A stretch of DNA of 64,000 nt from Candidatus Fermentibacteraceae bacterium. GTDB taxonomy: Bacteria; Fermentibacterota; Fermentibacteria; Fermentibacterales; JCC-6. The first letter of the stretch is position 1, and each line of letters begins with the position of its first letter. The notes beneath the pieces are model-generated. The model did no database searches. It was not told where the DNA came from and saw nothing but the letters and a program-made list of their open reading frames with translations. Both the position numbers and the translations under genes were made by a program. The stretch lies in assembly GCA_041750285.1 (NCBI GenBank), contig JBGSZS010000004.1, positions 160,001 through 224,000 of the forward strand. The letters run 5' to 3'. Of the stretch, positions 18,374-27,447 are shown piece after piece.

Positions 18374-19291
18374 ATGGTTTTGATCCTCTCATTGTCGCTG
18401 CTGGGCTCAGTGCCGCTCAACCCCCTGCTCCTTCTCCCCGATTCCGTTGAGGTAACGGTGATCAACCGGATCGATGGCGCCACCATCGAATCCCTGCATT
18501 TCCTCCTTCCGGAAAGCACAACGATAGAAGAAGCATTCATCGACCATCCGATCCCTGTCGGAGATTCCGCACATGTAACTCTCCCCTTCCGTTACATCAG
18601 CAGGGTCGTGATCGGTACGGACCGCATGGGCAATTACAGAAGGGCGCTCATCGCATTCAACCCACAAGGCGACACCCTCTCCTTCTCCCGTGCCGACAAG
18701 GAGTTCGGCGGATTCTTCGACGTGATACTGGGGTCCGAGCTCTACTTCATAAGGAATGTCACCACGGTTCCCATCACCGCCGTGTATTTGAGGGCGGACA
18801 CTCTCGCCGAGCGGAACATCCTTGGCAGCAACCCCCTTCTTACAAACGAGAGCATCTTCCTCTGGATGGACGCCGACAGCGCATGGGTGAGGGCGGTTGA
18901 CATCGAGGGCAACAGCTCAGCGACACTCCCGATCCAAAAGTCTCGGGAGTACGGAGCAAACTCCTTCAGGATAAGCGATTTTGTGGAACCAGCAGAGCCC
19001 GTCCGGGCAGGTGAGATAAGGGTTATCAGCGGGTTGAACGGCGGCGAGATAACGGGTATCGAAGTGTACCCGGTCGTTGATGAACCCTTCTACTTGAACC
19101 TCGAGCAGGATCCGCTGATGCTCTGGGATCAACTAACGATACGATGCCCTGGGGAAGTCGAATACCTGATCTGCTATGACAGTATGAACAGGTCGTTTTC
19201 GATTGACACCACGGACCCTGAAACCGATGCCTTCATTGTAGACTGGTGGCACCTCGATTTCGATTTCTCCTTCCCGGACAGGAGAAGGTGA
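18374..19291 (+). CDS. Secreted hypothetical protein with degenerate copies of the lipoprotein repeat domain
   Basis: GGGAG then ATG at 18374; hydrophobic N-terminus; modules VTVINRIDGATI, IRNVTTVPITAVYL..NILGSNPL..AVDIEGNS, IRVISGLNGGEITGIEV. Confidence 0.6.
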   Translation: MVLILSLSLLGSVPLNPLLLLPDSVEVTVINRIDGATIESLHFLLPESTTIEEAFIDHPIPVGDSAHVTLPFRYISRVVIGTDRMGNYRRALIAFNPQGDTLSFSRADKEFGGFFDVILGSELYFIRNVTTVPITAVYLRADTLAERNILGSNPLLTNESIFLWMDADSAWVRAVDIEGNSSATLPIQKSREYGANSFRISDFVEPAEPVRAGEIRVISGLNGGEITGIEVYPVVDEPFYLNLEQDPLMLWDQLTIRCPGEVEYLICYDSMNRSFSIDTTDPETDAFIVDWWHLDFDFSFPDRRR

Positions 19292-21138
19292 TGTTCGACT
19301 GGCTCAGTCCGCTGGTTTTCGTTCAGACACTTGCGCGTGTGGCCGTGGTCTGGCTTGCTTTCTACGGCGCGGGAAAGGTTCTCAGAAAGCCTCTCAGAAT
19401 CGACGCGGTGTTTCCGCTGCTCCCGTCGGAATTGCTCGGTCTTCTCGCATTTGTCATCCTGGCGGTTCCCCTCTCCCTTCTGGGCATAATGAACCGCACG
19501 GTCTGCCCCATGATCCTGGTGCTCATGGCTATTCCCGGAACGCTTTTCACCTACGGGGCACTGAGGGACCGATTCCCGCTTCCAAAGCCAAAACTTCTGA
19601 CCATCGTCTTCGGGGCTTTCATGCTGTTCGTTCTCCTGCTCAACTTTACCAATGCTTTCATGCCGAACCTGGCCTTTGACGACCCTCTGGTAACCTATGC
19701 CGTTCAGCCTGACCGCTGGCTGAATGCCGGCCGGGTGTTCTGGCTGGAAGAGACAACGTTCTCCGGTTTCCCTCTGCTCTATGAGATGACAGCTGTATGG
19801 CCGGCGGCCATTTCGTCCGACAGGATCAATCAACTGAGTGTACTCCAGGTTTTTCAGATGAGCATGCTGGTGCTTGCCGTATTCAGGGGAGTTTCACTGA
19901 TGCGAGTGGGAAGGAAGCTAAGACTGCCGGCTGCGGTCATCGTATTCCTGACTACCTCCATTTACACGTGGTGCTCCATGGCAAAAACCGATACCATGGC
20001 ACTTCTCTTTGGAACAATGGCGCTCGCTGCCGCGGTTCGCCAGAGGGAGAATGACTTTCAGGGGTCACCCCTTTCATCGTGGCTCTTCATGGGGCTGACA
20101 CTGGCCACCAAGCAGACCGCCGTGCTCATCCTGGCACCCTTTCTGCTTTACTCCTGGGGAGCTTTCCTCCGGTATTCGCTGAAATGGAAACTGCTCGCCC
20201 TGCTTGCCCTGGCCACCGCCCCGGGAGCATTCGCCGTAAGGACCATGTTGAAGACGGGCAGCCCCACCTATCCATTCTATCCGGTAACATCAATGGTAAG
20301 GGAAGGGTGGGAACTGAACCGCCCTCCCGAGAACACCATTGTCAACACCAGGTCGTCGTACCTGTACGAACACAAGAATTTTCCAATGGCGAAGCATGTG
20401 GGGATCTTCTTCGCCTACATGGAGGGAAACGTCCTGCTTCTCATCGCAGGGATCGCGACGGCCCTGATCTTAAAGCGCTGGGGCGACCTGTATCTTGTTC
20501 TTCCCGTTCTGGCATACTCAGCCCTGGCTATCATCGCCTTTTGGCCGCCCTGGTGGGGGGCGAAGTACTCCATCCCCCTCTACCCATTCATCGCATTGCT
20601 TGGGGCAAAGCTCCTCTCCAGAAGCAGGGCCGGGGTCTGGATAGCAGCTTTCCTTGTGATCCCCTCATTTATCATTCCCGGTTTCATCGCGGTTGCGGGA
20701 GACCCCAAGCCCTTCTCGTATAGAACGACCGTCGCAGAATCAGTGCTCAGGGGAGGATGGAAATCAGAATCCGGTTACGGGATGTGGCTGTCCACTCCGG
20801 AGGGAATGACCCATATGTGGGCCAACACAGCCCTTCCACCGGAGACGGTAATACTCTCGCTGCACGAGGAAAAAAGGTATTTCTTCGATGGAACCGTGAT
20901 CGTTGGTTGGCGGCATCCAATTGCCCAGAGGTTGTACCAAGAAAACTCTCTGGAAGAAGAACTCGAAATTCTCAAGTATCTACGGGTAGACTATGTGGGA
21001 ATCCACAGAGAGAACCCCGCAGTGCTTGACCAGGAGCGAAGTCTTCAGATTCTCGACCATATAGGAACCGGAGAGCTGTTGGAGCCTGTGATGATCGTAG
21101 ACGGAGGATACCTTCTCTGCAGGTTCAATCCTGAATGA
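19291..21138 (+). CDS. GT-C fold polytopic membrane glycosyltransferase (PMT/GT39-like)
   Basis: Many TM helices; acidic loop FDDPLVTY after the early helices; AKTD and TKQT motifs; TGSPTYPF; soluble C-terminal domain; TGATG overlap start. Confidence 0.6.
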   Translation: MFDWLSPLVFVQTLARVAVVWLAFYGAGKVLRKPLRIDAVFPLLPSELLGLLAFVILAVPLSLLGIMNRTVCPMILVLMAIPGTLFTYGALRDRFPLPKPKLLTIVFGAFMLFVLLLNFTNAFMPNLAFDDPLVTYAVQPDRWLNAGRVFWLEETTFSGFPLLYEMTAVWPAAISSDRINQLSVLQVFQMSMLVLAVFRGVSLMRVGRKLRLPAAVIVFLTTSIYTWCSMAKTDTMALLFGTMALAAAVRQRENDFQGSPLSSWLFMGLTLATKQTAVLILAPFLLYSWGAFLRYSLKWKLLALLALATAPGAFAVRTMLKTGSPTYPFYPVTSMVREGWELNRPPENTIVNTRSSYLYEHKNFPMAKHVGIFFAYMEGNVLLLIAGIATALILKRWGDLYLVLPVLAYSALAIIAFWPPWWGAKYSIPLYPFIALLGAKLLSRSRAGVWIAAFLVIPSFIIPGFIAVAGDPKPFSYRTTVAESVLRGGWKSESGYGMWLSTPEGMTHMWANTALPPETVILSLHEEKRYFFDGTVIVGWRHPIAQRLYQENSLEEELEILKYLRVDYVGIHRENPAVLDQERSLQILDHIGTGELLEPVMIVDGGYLLCRFNPE

Positions 21139-21140
21139 TG

Positions 21141-21521
21141 TTATTCAAAATTCTGCCATGATGCCACGCCGTTGTCTATCTGGCCATGACTGGGCGTGTT
21201 GGGGCACGTGATGGTGAAACTGGCGGAAGGGTCCAGATAGAGCGCGTTCACTGTTATTGTGTGCGGAGTGTTACATCCCGGACAGACAACTCCCTCGAGG
21301 TTGAGAACACTGAGCTGGTCTGTGTACATCCCTTGACTCGAGAAGTGAATCACCTCCTGGCTTGCTATGGTGCGCATGTTTGCCCTGCATGCGTTCCTCT
21401 TGGCAGCCTCGGAAACGTCATTGAACTTCGGAATGGCAATGGCGGCCAGAATCCCGATTATGACCACGACTATCATCAGCTCTATCAGGGTGAAACCTAT
21501 CAGAAACCGCGATTTTCTCAC
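21141..21521 (-). CDS. pilA: Type IV pilin (downstream paralog)
   Basis: G|FTLIELMIVVVIIGILAAIAIP prepilin motif with E5 and P22; AAGGAGG RBS. Confidence 0.92.
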   Translation of the reverse strand: MRKSRFLIGFTLIELMIVVVIIGILAAIAIPKFNDVSEAAKRNACRANMRTIASQEVIHFSSQGMYTDQLSVLNLEGVVCPGCNTPHTITVNALYLDPSASFTITCPNTPSHGQIDNGVASWQNFE

Positions 21522-21556
21522 ATCCCCTCCTTAAAAAAGAGCACAGAACTAGTAAA

Positions 21557-21572
21557 AGCAATTCTGTTGCCA
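21557..21572 (-). promoter_or_regulatory. Sigma54 -24/-12 promoter of the downstream pilin
   Basis: Minus strand TGGCAACAGAATTGCT, exact GG-N10-GC spacing. Confidence 0.8.
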
Positions 21573-21591
21573 ACAGCATTGGAGTGGAAGT

Positions 21592-21623
21592 AAAAAAAGG
21601 GGGAGCCGAAGCTCCCCCTTTTT
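21592..21623. terminator. Bidirectional intrinsic terminator between the two pilins
   Basis: AAAAAAAGGGGGAGC-CGAA-GCTCCCCCTTTTT. Confidence 0.88.
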
Positions 21624-21634
21624 ATTAAAAGCGA

Positions 21635-22009
21635 CTATTCGTTGAAATCAGTCCAGGAGGCGATACCGTTCACAATTTCGCCATGGAACGGGTCGGCCTG
21701 AGGACATTCGATCGTGAAGCTGGCAGACGGATCAAGGCCAAGGTCTGCCACTGTAAGGACATGAGCGCCCTGGGTCCCGGGGCAGACAACACCAGAAAGA
21801 CCAAGATCATCCTGACTGTCAGTGTATACACCCTCACCTGCGAAGTAAATCACTTCCTGGCTGGCGATTGTGCGCATGTTGGCGCGGCAGGCGTTCCTCT
21901 TGGCGGCCTCGGAAACATCATTGAACTTGGGAATGGCGATGGCGGCGAGGATGCCGATGATGACCACCACGATCATGAGCTCAATCAGGGTGAAGCCCTT
22001 TTTCTTCAT
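21635..22009 (-). CDS. pilA: Type IV pilin (probable major pilin)
   Basis: MKKKG|FTLIELMIVVVIIGILAAIAIP; AAGGAG RBS; directly downstream of pilR. Confidence 0.94.
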   Translation of the reverse strand: MKKKGFTLIELMIVVVIIGILAAIAIPKFNDVSEAAKRNACRANMRTIASQEVIYFAGEGVYTDSQDDLGLSGVVCPGTQGAHVLTVADLGLDPSASFTIECPQADPFHGEIVNGIASWTDFNE

Positions 22010-22062
22010 TTCATGCTCCTTCTCTACGGTTATGTCCGGACGGACAACTGCGCTGTTGTTTA

Positions 22063-22078
22063 TGCAAACCGATTGCCA
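22063..22078 (-). promoter_or_regulatory. Sigma54 -24/-12 promoter of the upstream pilin
   Basis: Minus strand TGGCAATCGGTTTGCA, exact GG-N10-GC spacing; adjacent to a sigma54 activator gene. Confidence 0.82.
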
Positions 22079-22139
22079 ACGCGTCAAGCTTTATTATACA
22101 TCTCCTTTCTTTGTTAGATATGGCTTTCGTCATGCCTGT

Positions 22140-22154
22140 GTTGCATTCTGCAAC
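22140..22154. promoter_or_regulatory. Candidate PilR upstream activating site
   Basis: Palindrome GTTGCA-ttc-TGCAAC about 60-75 nt upstream of the -24 element. Confidence 0.4.
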
Positions 22155-22158
22155 TGTG

Positions 22159-23520
22159 CTACTGCAATCCGTACCTGCCAAGCTTCCTGTGAAGCGTGCT
22201 TGCGTTGATGCCCAGGAGCTCGGCAGCCTTTGTCTTGTTGCCCCCGGCCCTGTGCTCGAGCGTGTAGAGGATCCACGCCTTTTCCACTTCGTCGAGGTTC
22301 GATGGCAGAACGGCTTTTTGCTCCTCGCGGCGTTCTTCGGGGTCTTCGGCCCTGTCGGCGCCCCTGAAGTGGGCCGGGTGGTGCTCGGGCCTTACAGTCT
22401 CTTCTGTGGTCATAACACACAGGCGTTCCACGAGGTTTTCGAGTTCCCTCACGTTGCCGGGCCAGCTACGGTCCTCGAGTATCTGGAGGGTCTCCTCGGA
22501 AAAGTTTTTGCTGAAGCCCCCCCTTCTTATGAAGTGGTCCACCAGGGGCCGGATGTCGTCCCTTCTCTCCCGCAGGGCCGGAACCCTTAGGGGTATGACG
22601 TTGAGCCTGTAGAAAAGGTCTTCCCTGAAGTCGTTGTTGGCCACCATTCGTTCGAGGTCGCGGTTGGTGGCGCACACCAGCCTTGCCCTGAACGGCAGTG
22701 TGGCGTTGCCCCCGACGGGGCGGATCTGCCTCTCCTGAAGGGCCCGGAGAAGCTTGACCTGAAGCTCGCGGTCCATCTCGCTGACCTCGTCGAGGAAGAA
22801 GGTGCCCTCGCCCGCGGCGGTCATGAGCCCCTCCTTGTCACGGTGCGCCCCGGTGAAACTGCCCTTCATGTGGCCGAAGAGCTCGCTTTCAAGAAGGTTT
22901 TTGGAAAGGCTTCCGCAGTTCACGCCCAAAAAGGGCTTGTCCGCCCTGTGGCTGTTGTAGTGAAGGGCTTTGGCAATAAGCTCCTTGCCCGTTCCGCTCT
23001 CGCCCGTGATGAGGACGGTGCTTGGCTGGTCGGCGACCTTCCTTACGCTTTCCAGAAGCGCCAGCATGGGTTCTGATTTACCTACAATGCCGGAGAAGTC
23101 GAACTCCCTGCGGACCTCGGTGCGGAGCCTTGCGTTCTCTGTCTTGACCTGGCGCTGGTTGAGCGCCTTCTCTATTGCGAGCAGGAGCTGTTCGGCCCTG
23201 AATGGCTTTACAAGGTAGTCCTCCACGCCTTCCCTGATGGCTTTGACCGCTGTTTCAACGCTGGAGTAGGCAGTGATGAGAATGCCCGCAAGTTCCGGGT
23301 TCTGTCTTCTCATTGTGCCAAAAAGCTCGAGACCGGTCATCCCCGGCATCCTGATGTCGGTTATCAGCACCCTGGGATGATTTGCCTGAGCCCACTTGAG
23401 AGCGTCGACGGGGTTCGGGAAGCACGCTACCTCGTATCCGTTCTCTTCGAGAAGCAGCCCCAGCCACTCCAGCATTGGCTTTTCATCGTCCACGAGAAGG
23501 ATGCCCGGTCTATCCTCCAT
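22159..23520 (-). CDS. pilR: Sigma54-dependent response regulator, PilR-type
   Basis: REC domain (VDDE, TDIRMP), GESGTGKE, GSFTGA (GAFTGA variant), WPGNVRELEN, Fis-type HTH; GGGAGG RBS before MEDRPG. Confidence 0.9.
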   Translation of the reverse strand: MEDRPGILLVDDEKPMLEWLGLLLEENGYEVACFPNPVDALKWAQANHPRVLITDIRMPGMTGLELFGTMRRQNPELAGILITAYSSVETAVKAIREGVEDYLVKPFRAEQLLLAIEKALNQRQVKTENARLRTEVRREFDFSGIVGKSEPMLALLESVRKVADQPSTVLITGESGTGKELIAKALHYNSHRADKPFLGVNCGSLSKNLLESELFGHMKGSFTGAHRDKEGLMTAAGEGTFFLDEVSEMDRELQVKLLRALQERQIRPVGGNATLPFRARLVCATNRDLERMVANNDFREDLFYRLNVIPLRVPALRERRDDIRPLVDHFIRRGGFSKNFSEETLQILEDRSWPGNVRELENLVERLCVMTTEETVRPEHHPAHFRGADRAEDPEERREEQKAVLPSNLDEVEKAWILYTLEHRAGGNKTKAAELLGINASTLHRKLGRYGLQ

Positions 23521-25081
23521 TGCCCTCCCCGAGAACCGGCAGGATAAGCGATGCCAAAAGCCCACCATGTGGCCGGTTCTGAAGTTCCATGCGTCCCCCG
23601 TGTTCCTGCGCTATCTTTCTGCAGAGGTAGAGCCCGAGCCCCGTTCCCTCGGCCTTGGTTGTATAGAAAGGTTCCCAGACCCTGTCCAGCCTGCCCCCGG
23701 GAATGCCGGGGCCGTTGTCGGCAACACTGAACCTGACTTCAGCACCATCACTTGCCAGCTCAACCTCCACCAGCCCCCCGGGTTGTTCAGCCAGGGCTTC
23801 GACCGCGTTCCTGAGCATGTTGCCCAGAGCCTGACCAAGGCGCATGGGGTTGCCCAGAACCATCACGGGCTGGTCATGCCCGGGGAATGAAATGGTCACC
23901 CCGCCCGCGAAACCGTGAACCGCGGATTCCACGGCTTCATCTGCAAAATCGGCAAAGTCCATTTCTTCGCGCTGAAAGTCGTCGGTATCACGGGCAATGC
24001 TTAGGTAACCGTCAATGAGCTCCGAAACCCTGCGGGACTGGCTGACGATGATTCCCGTCATCCTTTCCGTCTTGTCTTCGGGAAGACTGCCCGAACTTAG
24101 CATTTCGGCTGCGCCGCTTATGGACGCGAGGGGGTTCCTTATCTCATGGGCAAGCGTGGCGCTCAGTCTGCCGACTATCGCGAGGCGCTTGCGCTCCTCA
24201 AGCGCGGCCCTGAGATTGGCGGCCTCGGTGATGTCGCTGAGCACCACGATGACACCGTTGCCCGCTTCGGAGCGGTTGAAGCGGCAGTTGATTATGCGCT
24301 CGTCCATGACCATTTCCATGGTCTCGGGCGCCCTGTCGTCGGCAAGGAACTGCGCGATGGCGCTCTCGATCGGCGTTCCCTGAAGCACGCCGATCTCCCG
24401 GCTGGGAAGGCCCAGTATGTCGACCGCAGCAGGGTTCGCCTGCAGGAGGTTGCCGCGCGAGTCAACCACGATGACTCCGTCCCTGAGGTTTTCGAGCACC
24501 TTTCGGGACCTGGCCCTGAGTTCGGCAAGGTTGTTCAGAAGGTTCTGGAGCCTGCCTGTCTCGGAGTAGAACATCCTGCCCAGAATGCCGCCCGTGATTC
24601 CGGCCGCGAAGACGAGCGCGGCATTAAGGGCGGTCTGGGCCAGAAGGTAGTTCGTGGTGAGCTTGTACTGGCCGGCCGCGATGAGCGTGCCGACCATTTC
24701 GCTTTTCGCCGAGGGGGGACCGTAGATGGTGAATGCGACGCTTCCCGCCAGAACGACTGTGGTTGTGGCCGCCGCCGTAAAACCTCCCCTGGTGCCCAGG
24801 TAGAAACCGTAGGCGAAGGCGTGGGCCGCCATGAATGCGATGAAGGGGCTTTCAATGCCGCGTGATACCGCCATTATGGTTCCCAGGGCCAGAGCGTCGA
24901 GAACGCAGAGCAGGTAGTAGGGCCACCGGGCTTCGGGCTTTCTGCGCATGACGGGTGTTGTGGCGATGGTGGCCAGGACCACAAGCATACCCACGGAGAT
25001 GAAGACCGGGCCCAGGTTGTCGCGCTGAAGGAGGAATGCCCCGGCTACGGAGAGCATTCCGAGAACCGCGAGGCGCCCCAC
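23510..25081 (-). CDS. pilS: Membrane sensor histidine kinase, PilS-type (true start may be near 25111)
   Basis: Multi-TM N-terminus, PAS-like region, HEIRNPL, EPFYTTK, GTGLGL; between pilC and pilR. Confidence 0.88.
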   Translation of the reverse strand: MGRLAVLGMLSVAGAFLLQRDNLGPVFISVGMLVVLATIATTPVMRRKPEARWPYYLLCVLDALALGTIMAVSRGIESPFIAFMAAHAFAYGFYLGTRGGFTAAATTTVVLAGSVAFTIYGPPSAKSEMVGTLIAAGQYKLTTNYLLAQTALNAALVFAAGITGGILGRMFYSETGRLQNLLNNLAELRARSRKVLENLRDGVIVVDSRGNLLQANPAAVDILGLPSREIGVLQGTPIESAIAQFLADDRAPETMEMVMDERIINCRFNRSEAGNGVIVVLSDITEAANLRAALEERKRLAIVGRLSATLAHEIRNPLASISGAAEMLSSGSLPEDKTERMTGIIVSQSRRVSELIDGYLSIARDTDDFQREEMDFADFADEAVESAVHGFAGGVTISFPGHDQPVMVLGNPMRLGQALGNMLRNAVEALAEQPGGLVEVELASDGAEVRFSVADNGPGIPGGRLDRVWEPFYTTKAEGTGLGLYLCRKIAQEHGGRMELQNRPHGGLLASLILPVLGEGNGG

Positions 25082-25133
25082 CTGAAGCCAGGTGCGGCGC
25101 CTCGGGCTTATGCTGAGGATTTCCTTCGGCGTC

Positions 25134-26339
25134 TCAGTTCCCCACGGCCTGGATCATGTCGAAGATGGGAAGGTACATGGCTATGACCAGGGCGCCCACG
25201 AAACCGCCCAGGAACACTATCATCACCGGTTCGAGAGTGCTTGCGAGGCCCGCAACGGCTGTGTTCACTTCCTCGTCGTAGAAATCGGCTATCTTCACGA
25301 GCATTTCGTCGAGACCGCCCGTCTCCTCTCCCACCGAGATCATCTGCGTGACCATTGTGGGGAACACACCTGATGCCTCGAGCGGGCCCGATATGTTCTC
25401 ACCCCCCGAGATGCTTATGCGGGCGTTCTGGATGGCCTCGGATATCACCACGTTGCCCGACGTCTTCGCCGTTATTGCAAGACCGTCGAGTATCGCAACA
25501 CCGCTTGAGATGAGGGTGCCCAGGGTTCTTGTGAACCTGGCGATGGACATTTTGCGGTTGAGGATACCGAATATGGGCAGGGAAATCTTCAGTGTGTCGA
25601 TGAACTTCCGGCCGCCAGGGGTTTTTGCGAAGATGTTGTAGAGGATTGAAAACCCTACCACCCCGATGATTATGTACAGAATGTTGTTCTGAACGAACTC
25701 GGAAAGATCCACCACGGCCTGCGTCATGGCGGGAAGCTGGCCGCCGAGATCCTCGAACATCTGCTGAAAGATGGGGATGACGAACAGGAGCATTGCAAGG
25801 GTTGCGAGGATGACCACGATGAGGACCACCATGGGGTACATCATGGCGCTTTTTATCTTGGCGTTCAGTGCCGCGCTGCTTTCGAGGTATTCGGCGAGCC
25901 TGCCGAGGATGGTGTCGAGGATACCGCCCTGCTCACCAGCTGAGACCATGTTGCAGTAGAGTTCGTTGAATACCTTGGGGTGCTTGGCCAGGGCTTCGGC
26001 GAGGGTGCCGCCCTTTTCGACCTCGTTGGTGATGTCGGCGATGATGTCCTTGAAGATGCTGTTGTCCTGCTGCCTTGCGAGGATCTGGAGGCAGTTGACC
26101 AGTGGAAGACCCGCGTTGATCATGACCGAGAACTGCCTGGTGAAGGTGGCCAGTTCCTTGTTCTTCACGCCGGAGCCGATGACTCCGAACTTGGCCATGT
26201 CGAAGCCGCCCTTTATCACGGTGACCGTGATGCCCCTGCGCTCGAGAAGTTCCTGGGCTTCCTTCTTGTTCTTGCCGGCTATGGTTCCGGAGAGCGTTCT
26301 GCCCTGCCTGTTGGTACCCTGCCAGTGAAACTCGGCCAT
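25134..26339 (-). CDS. pilC: Type IV pilus inner-membrane platform protein
   Basis: FTRQFSVMINAGLPL, GEQGGILD, AMMYP, GEETGGLDEML, LEPVMIV, MYLPIF. Confidence 0.96.
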   Translation of the reverse strand: MAEFHWQGTNRQGRTLSGTIAGKNKKEAQELLERRGITVTVIKGGFDMAKFGVIGSGVKNKELATFTRQFSVMINAGLPLVNCLQILARQQDNSIFKDIIADITNEVEKGGTLAEALAKHPKVFNELYCNMVSAGEQGGILDTILGRLAEYLESSAALNAKIKSAMMYPMVVLIVVILATLAMLLFVIPIFQQMFEDLGGQLPAMTQAVVDLSEFVQNNILYIIIGVVGFSILYNIFAKTPGGRKFIDTLKISLPIFGILNRKMSIARFTRTLGTLISSGVAILDGLAITAKTSGNVVISEAIQNARISISGGENISGPLEASGVFPTMVTQMISVGEETGGLDEMLVKIADFYDEEVNTAVAGLASTLEPVMIVFLGGFVGALVIAMYLPIFDMIQAVGN

Positions 26340-26349
26340 GTGCACCCCC

Positions 26350-27447
26350 CTAAAGAGTCGTGTCGCGACCTGTTACGATCATCTGTTCAAGCTCGGTCGG
26401 GTTGGGTGAGCGTTCGAGGGCAACGTCCTTTGCCACTTCCCTGTTGCTCACCAGCTTGAATAGGGCCTGGTTCATGGTCTGCATGCCGAACTTGTGCCCG
26501 GCCTGCATCATGCCGTAGACCTGGTGAAGCTTGTCCTCCCTTATGCAGGACTTGACCGCGGGGGTGCACACGAGCACCTCGGCGGCAAGGGCCCTGCCGG
26601 TGCCCCGCTGTCTGGGGATGAGCTGCTGGGTCATCACGCCGAGAAGAACGAACGAGAGCTGGCTTCTGACCTGTTCCTGGCTTGCGGAGGGGAAGGTGTC
26701 GATGATTCGGTTGATGGATTCGTAGGTGGAGTTGGTGTGCAGGGTGGCCAGGGTGAGGTGGCCCGTCTCGGCGATGTTGAGGCCTACCTGCATGGTCTCG
26801 CGGTCACGCATCTCGCCGATGAGGACGACGTCGGGGTCCTGCCGGAGGATGTAGCGGAGGGCGTCGGCGAAACCGTCGGTGTCGGACCCTATCTCCCTCT
26901 GGTTCACTATGCACTTGTTGTGGTGGTGCACGTACTCGATGGGGTCTTCGATGGTGATGATGTGCGCCCTTCTGAGCCCGTTCACCCTGTTGATTATGGA
27001 GGCAAGGGTTGTCGTCTTGCCGCAGCCCGTCGGGCCGGTCACCAGTATGAGACCCTGCCTTTTGTCGGCCAGGGTCGCGACGACCGGTGGAAGCCCGAGT
27101 TCCTCGAAGCCGAGTATCTCGTAGGGGATGACCCTAATTGCCGCGGCAACGGCTCCCCTTTGCAGGTAGACGTTGGCCCTGAACCTTGAAAGGCCCTTGA
27201 TGCCGAACGCGAAGTCGAGTTCCTTGTCGAGTTCGAACCTCTTCTTCTGTTCGTCCTTCAGAAGGCTGTAGATGATGCTCTGGGTTTCCTTCGGAGTAAG
27301 GGGGTCGTACTCCATCCGGATGAGGTCGCCGTCGATGCGTATCGTCGGCGGGGCTCCGACGGTTATATGAAGGTCTGTGGCGCGGCGCTCCATCATCTCC
27401 TTGAGGAGGGTTCTGATGTTGAGCCCGTGTACGACTTCCGCGGCCAT
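26350..27447 (-). CDS. pilT: Type IV pilus retraction ATPase
   Basis: TDLHITVGAPP, GPTGCGKTTT, TIEDPIE, LRQDPDVVLIGEMRD, ETGHL, GMQTMNQ. Confidence 0.96.
   Translation of the reverse strand: MAAEVVHGLNIRTLLKEMMERRATDLHITVGAPPTIRIDGDLIRMEYDPLTPKETQSIIYSLLKDEQKKRFELDKELDFAFGIKGLSRFRANVYLQRGAVAAAIRVIPYEILGFEELGLPPVVATLADKRQGLILVTGPTGCGKTTTLASIINRVNGLRRAHIITIEDPIEYVHHHNKCIVNQREIGSDTDGFADALRYILRQDPDVVLIGEMRDRETMQVGLNIAETGHLTLATLHTNSTYESINRIIDTFPSASQEQVRSQLSFVLLGVMTQQLIPRQRGTGRALAAEVLVCTPAVKSCIREDKLHQVYGMMQAGHKFGMQTMNQALFKLVSNREVAKDVALERSPNPTELEQMIVTGRDTTL

Noticed and set aside
21635..22009. Electrically conductive (Geobacter-type) pilin
   Set aside because: Aromatics at 1, 24, 50, 51 and 57 are common in type IVa pilins. 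Positions 27 and 32 are not aromatic, the pilin is full-length, and no cytochromes are in the window.
21141..22009. Silent pilin cassette or recombinational antigenic variation
   Set aside because: Both genes are complete, with RBS and promoter, and the shared region has many silent differences, which argues against ongoing gene conversion.
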